DNA of 54,889 nucleotides from Rhizaria sp. SCN 62-66 (Eukaryota): NCBI GenBank assembly GCA_001724265.1, contig MEDY01000096.1, positions 62,001 to 116,889 of the forward strand, read 5' to 3'. Shown piece by piece: positions 52,101 to 54,889 of this stretch (position 1 is its first letter; each line of letters starts with the position of its first letter). The notes under the pieces were generated by a model. It saw only the letters and a program-made list of their open reading frames with translations, ran no database searches and was not told where the DNA came from. The position numbers and the translations under genes were made by a program.

Positions 52101-54435
52101 CGCACTTAAGACTGTTCAGCAGGCGTTTGCTGAGCAGTTTCTTGCTGAGTCCGTTGCTGATGCTGTAGCAAGCGCTCGTGATCTGCTTGGGCAGGCTCGC
52201 AAAGCCGAGCAGCGCGCGCTGCCTGCCGATAAGCTCTACACTGACGCCTTTGCGGCCGTTGCGCCACTGCTGGGCCCCGGACCTGCGAGTCCCGTGGCTT
52301 TCTCCGTCGCTGGTCTGCCCTTCCTTGTCACGTTTGTCACTGGCGAGCTCTTGCCCGCTGCTGAGGCGCGCGGCATTGACCTCTTTGCTTCGGCGTCTGC
52401 TGGCACTTTGGGCGGTGCGGGTGGCGCGGTCACCTTCGACTCAATGCTCGGTGACCGCTTTCCGGGTAAGGCTGTGCTGCAGAAGGGCCTCGTGCGCCTG
52501 CAGAAGGGCCCCGAACTGGACCCCGCCTTCTTCCGCTATTGTGATGCCTCGGATGTCGTGTTTAAGCGCGCGCAGAACGGTTTCCGTGGCATGGTGGAGG
52601 CGATCAAGACGGGCAACATGACGCTCGAGGCCGAGTCTGTGCGCCTTATTGAGACAGCCCACGAGGGCACGCGCGACCTCCTGCTCAAGTTTATGGACGG
52701 CGACGCAAAGGTTAACACCAGTGAACACTACAAGAACATCCGTGCTGCGTACGAGGCGTACATCCCTGCGCACGCTGCGCTCGAGAAGCAGTTCAATCGC
52801 CGTGTTGCGCTGTTCAAGCTACTGGAGTCGATCCGTACGCGTATGGTCAACATGAACGAGGTTGCTGACTTCAACCAGAACAACCTGAATCCTTACTACA
52901 AGGTTGAGCGTGACTTTGTTCACTATAAGGCGGCGCGTGACGCCGTGGCGTTGATTAAGGAGATCCGCCACCACTCAGCCAACACGTACAACGGCTTTGT
53001 TAACGAGGACACGTATGTTGAGCACATCACTGCTATTCTCACCAAGCTTTGCAAGAACCACACCTACATTCTTGTGCGTCTTGCCGCACACGCTCTGCAG
53101 CGCCGCGACGTTGAGAATTTGCGCTGTCACATGGCTAAGATGTCGTCTTGGCCCAACGCGCGCGCGGCGGCTTGGGCGCGCGTGGAGCGTCTGTTTGCTC
53201 GCAAGGTCAGCCCGCTGCAGGGCCAGTTCTGCCGCAAGCTTAAGCCTGAGTTTAAGCTTGACGGCAGCACGGACGAGCCAATGATGGTTGACCTAGCCGA
53301 GTGGCACGTTGACGACGCGCGCAACATGATCAAGCCCGGCACCAACGCGGCCGACGCCGCTGTCGTTGCTCGCGGTCGCGGCAGGGTGTACGTTGAGGGT
53401 GAGAAGGACGAGTCTGCGATGTCGACACTTGACGCGCCGGTCACCTTTAAGGCGAGCTCGTTCAAGAGTGGCAATAAGAACCTTGTTGGTGAGTTCTCAC
53501 TCACGCGCTCCTTCGCGGATCTTGTCTATGAGACTGACGATAACGGTTGCGCAAAGCAGGCGGAGGACGACTTCATTGACTGCCCGCGCTATGTCATTGT
53601 CATGTACGCCCGCGTCAACGGCGAGAACATTGTCGGCCACCAGCGCGAGGCGCGCGCTCTCGAGTGCTTCTTGACCTCGCGCATGAAGATCCACGAAGCC
53701 AAGCACCTGCCCTTCAAGTTCAAGTTCCCGCTGCTTCGCTACAACAAGTGGAGCGTTGCTGATGACACGTTCAGTCGCGGCGACTACGCCTTTTCTACGC
53801 TGCTCTCACAGCTCAGCCAGGGCACGTACGAGATCGAGCTCGACATGGCCGTCGTGCGTGACGTCAGCATCGGCGGCTCCGCCATCGGTCAGATTACGCC
53901 GTGCTGGCCCTCCGAGCCCTCCGTGCCGCTCTCGCGCACGCGCTTTGTGCTCGAGCTCGACACGGCGATGCCTCAGAAGGGTGCGTTGTTCCCTCCACTT
54001 AACGGCACCACTGACGCAAAGCTCGCATCTGAGTGTCTGCTGGCGATCCGCGCATCGCCCAAGTTCAAAAAGGCGCACCCCGTGCGTCTGGGCGCCGTAA
54101 ACTTCACCACCGGCTTTTATCCTTACGTCTGGGACAGTATTGTTGTCCCAGGTCTCCCGCCTAGCATTATTTACGATCCGGCCCAGTTCACGCGTGATAT
54201 GCGTCTGACTGTGCAGCGCTCGCTGGCTGATGGGTGGAGCGAGGACCTGGACGAGGACGACATCGTCGAGTACCTCATCGGTGCGCTCGGTGGCCATAAA
54301 AAGGTTATGCGTGCGCACTTTGTCGCCGTGGAGGAGATTATCGGCTGGGCGACGAACATGCACGAAGAAGTGCTGCCGCGCCAGTGGTTTTCTGAGGCTG
54401 ACTTGGCCATCATCGGCAAGGAGCCGGTGCAATAA
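46126..54435 (+). CDS. Giant protein (2769 aa): N-terminal SPRY/B30.2 domain, ~18 tandem ~78-aa helical repeats, unknown C-terminal domain
   Basis: First ATG at 46126. SPRY motifs GVWYFEIEL, GVGND..SW, WAKGEIVGVTLDL..KTMTW, LVPAVSL. A..L.H.N.D.AL recurs. The ORF is uninterrupted to TAA 54433-54435. Confidence 0.88.
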   Translation: MSTQASDTRTGRVGPALCVPLPVDVTEDNRNYQWDTVSGNFVTAGTNDFPTFALTCGAGASAGVWYFEIELLDGSAPHVGALLAGKYTLKATTKTKGVGNDGASWAHLGSKGYFADKLATGDKAWAKGEIVGVTLDLTAKTMTWTRNNALVATADFAGEHKGFYAEGDTLVPAVSLPKGCVVAWRLAQDSLKFPNPAAAALQAGAVPAFLVANVKAPEAGDGLSDTYDVLPDLLASLARGTGDNADKAAVKPLFEARSAGSRGALEYGWDYAVTKTIAGYAAACAAAYKGDGLELKGGAFSNGEDAKKKAGAMVATLRAMLQRARIAEALYLGAAGVAAFAAAARDAADAAVPLVEEAWGKAQLLAALEDRKTHKFADFGFPYYATNKVRSDITKGNAAALTTHGENVRMWRKWFLAQYTGSQTVKELVLAALGALVTDCLGEDPDAAELAAAANAAAGPEGGVVRNSALSVPAQPEQPAVLDKLTAMELAKLATLSKEVFQEMDKGDKERDRFPERCEESYRKAAGLVAPVEKRAAAFVAALEKNCGRVTKVMIASGGVGSLVDTPEYNAFLSAFKPRYEAWAQWQAQHALNRKVDLAMRDVLRELGQGKDKVAHSNPEAALQILSAATRKLDALRKEPGFWSAATVATQMAEADALRAYITVEAPAVMQRQAAGGVRPKMSTAVSVMNKCVSVNDFDGALKAHKEASSLLEQCRTNKDWIGVPSITQAVQDFGSDIDGFMDVYKNTFGKNRAEALVREITSTLTGARDFVSHNNFDRALQCLTQGRALATALREDPIVGTHPVAASFLPQYFDDAKTVDSTVQAALIDRQAAAAARELGSALTNAKDGLEHSNFDAALKAIAAVKRLAGELEANERLRGNAATEAALLEVDTAVPALEERYKSTMIFRQLADDKRVAESALAEANNGVEHSNYDKALKSMQQYKAKVVAMEAEEQYRAQTGTAGDVDAYVANARNVAIPDWQSKYEAKYLGRLAQNIARELSSKATAADDHFEHNRYDSMLERLTALRKQIRALADTPVDAEDDTALAARLSAVQDAISQASTSAAALEAKYAEAAQARLLADGRRDAESALSLANDKLGHANYDAALEAFSQARGLATQLALKPEGASAAAATFLETFDTLCATFREKYSAAVSSRDEAAARRDIATALSFAKQNMSHCKGDQALAELRKAKGLIAAFEAAHKNATADPAWATDAAAVESDYATRVLGRLADELTGKAASQVASARRFLEHSNPDAALTALSAARTAAADLAAESRIAQLPKVVAFNASFSVELKDVSERYAAFQTTKKGNELARVLQTLMIDAANFISHSRFDEALVHAQNALTARDELKLDSDLAAVPAVVSVLTEAETRVPALLAEYREKVGAKKLAAGIREIRDSVAQATDALGHSRLDDAQRGLLQTRDLVGALSGDPVFAESPELDAFLKEYTSSTRELSAALESKRADRLRAQLEREVTTAIAAARDHLGHNRNDRALEALRIVRTAVAACEGELGAAGALFVADQRTAMVAFEADFTEKAFAAEVRRKIDRAQALLGRACNALDKHCVDESLKLLSEAREASALLGGDERFLNTPSVVEFMTRFVAELQAHKSAIATYQASRAADTLQRTAESLLTDMRDKYSHSRIDEALTSLRRVERMLETDLAAPAHAALKADVEARALAFRAEYQNKHLRAQAQSTIRAANSLLETARFHGGHNRLTDAMSALGEAQVAVLALNEPEFAGLDIVESFFETWGGRVAALKGEVQGVLVSQSVAVATHKIADAFAAAEQCLLHHNYDFALVHLTKAGTAMAELKADTQLAALPAVVAALSDATARKSALGTTIADTVFAKEVAAVVRTAGAHLVRAKTLFARLAFDDALSALSNAKATVAAAAANESLAGATAFKAYMAEFKSDAAAFAAQFAATALADEARAVAREVSTKAAQAKMYLDRLIEDKAASALAEAHRAAVRFMNADEPLSLVPIAAETVAALKTVQQAFAEQFLAESVADAVASARDLLGQARKAEQRALPADKLYTDAFAAVAPLLGPGPASPVAFSVAGLPFLVTFVTGELLPAAEARGIDLFASASAGTLGGAGGAVTFDSMLGDRFPGKAVLQKGLVRLQKGPELDPAFFRYCDASDVVFKRAQNGFRGMVEAIKTGNMTLEAESVRLIETAHEGTRDLLLKFMDGDAKVNTSEHYKNIRAAYEAYIPAHAALEKQFNRRVALFKLLESIRTRMVNMNEVADFNQNNLNPYYKVERDFVHYKAARDAVALIKEIRHHSANTYNGFVNEDTYVEHITAILTKLCKNHTYILVRLAAHALQRRDVENLRCHMAKMSSWPNARAAAWARVERLFARKVSPLQGQFCRKLKPEFKLDGSTDEPMMVDLAEWHVDDARNMIKPGTNAADAAVVARGRGRVYVEGEKDESAMSTLDAPVTFKASSFKSGNKNLVGEFSLTRSFADLVYETDDNGCAKQAEDDFIDCPRYVIVMYARVNGENIVGHQREARALECFLTSRMKIHEAKHLPFKFKFPLLRYNKWSVADDTFSRGDYAFSTLLSQLSQGTYEIELDMAVVRDVSIGGSAIGQITPCWPSEPSVPLSRTRFVLELDTAMPQKGALFPPLNGTTDAKLASECLLAIRASPKFKKAHPVRLGAVNFTTGFYPYVWDSIVVPGLPPSIIYDPAQFTRDMRLTVQRSLADGWSEDLDEDDIVEYLIGALGGHKKVMRAHFVAVEEIIGWATNMHEEVLPRQWFSEADLAIIGKEPVQ
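47900..52200 (+). repeat. Protein-level tandem repeat array, period ~234-237 nt (78-79 aa), ~18 diverged units
   Basis: Cores: VAHSNPEAAL, VSVNDFDGAL, VSHNNFDRAL, LEHSNFDAAL, VEHSNYDKAL, FEHNRYDSML, LGHANYDAAL, MSHCKGDQAL, LEHSNPDAAL, ISHSRFDEAL, LGHSRLDDAQ, LGHNRNDRAL, LDKHCVDESL, YSHSRIDEAL, GGHNRLTDAM, LLHHNYDFAL, FARLAFDDAL, LDRLIEDKAA. Confidence 0.85.
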
Positions 54436-54889
54436 TTACACGTGACTTTATTGTGGTGCCTCCTTCAGCCCTTCTTCTGTCTGACAGAATTAATTGTTTT
54501 TCATGTCACATTCCGTTCAATCGCGATGTGACGTGTAGCGTGAGCCGATTGGTGGATCAGGTATTCCCAGACATACCGAGTTAAAAACGGTGTGTCCTTG
54601 TGTGTTCACATAACTATGCTTTGTTTTTCAGTGTTTTGACCAAATCAATTCTTGTGTTTGAATCCTAAACTCCTAAACCAATGTTTTATCTCTGCAGTAC
54701 TTTTTACAACTACTACTTTGAGTGGATTGCTTCTGTCTTCTCTAAAACTCACTACAATACAACATGCTACATGAACAATTACTCGACGTGCATGTAACCC
54801 CTATGTAGCGTCAACTAAAAAACGCCAAAAACGCAGTTTTCGGCAGGTAACTTCCACAATAGAAATCTCTGTGAAATAATCGTCAAAGC

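Noticed and set aside
185-54432. Many long antisense or alternate-frame ORFs (e.g. 5337-6761, 26779-28002, 34343-35866, 35900-37645, 48475-49491)
   Set aside because: They are shadows of GC-rich, codon-biased genes on the other strand or frame, with Arg/Gly-rich translations and no motifs.

Overview
Eukaryotic (protist-like) nuclear DNA. It has GC-rich coding regions padded with Ala/Ser, AT-rich spacers and a few 120-270 nt GT-AG introns. I can support about 12 protein genes: a 5'-partial acidic low-complexity protein, an ARM-like gene broken by three in-frame TAGs, a SulP/STAS transporter, an extended NDUFA5-like gene head-to-head with SDHAF4, a TBC-PH protein, NPR2/NPRL2, a secreted coiled-coil protein with a one-base frameshift, a Zn-ribbon/PA/RING-H2 E3 ligase, a tandem kinase split by one in-frame TAG, a 3752-aa soluble adenylyl cyclase-STAND-PH-PH-phosphodiesterase fusion, and a 2769-aa SPRY protein with about 18 repeats of ~78 aa. 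Main leads: (1) UAG may be a sense codon, since there are four internal TAGs and none of the 11 other gene ends uses TAG; (2) one polypeptide appears to both make and degrade cAMP; (3) a His/Asp helical repeat array I do not recognise. I saw no rRNA, tRNA, CRISPR array or mobile element. All domain calls come from reading motifs by eye, not from database searches.
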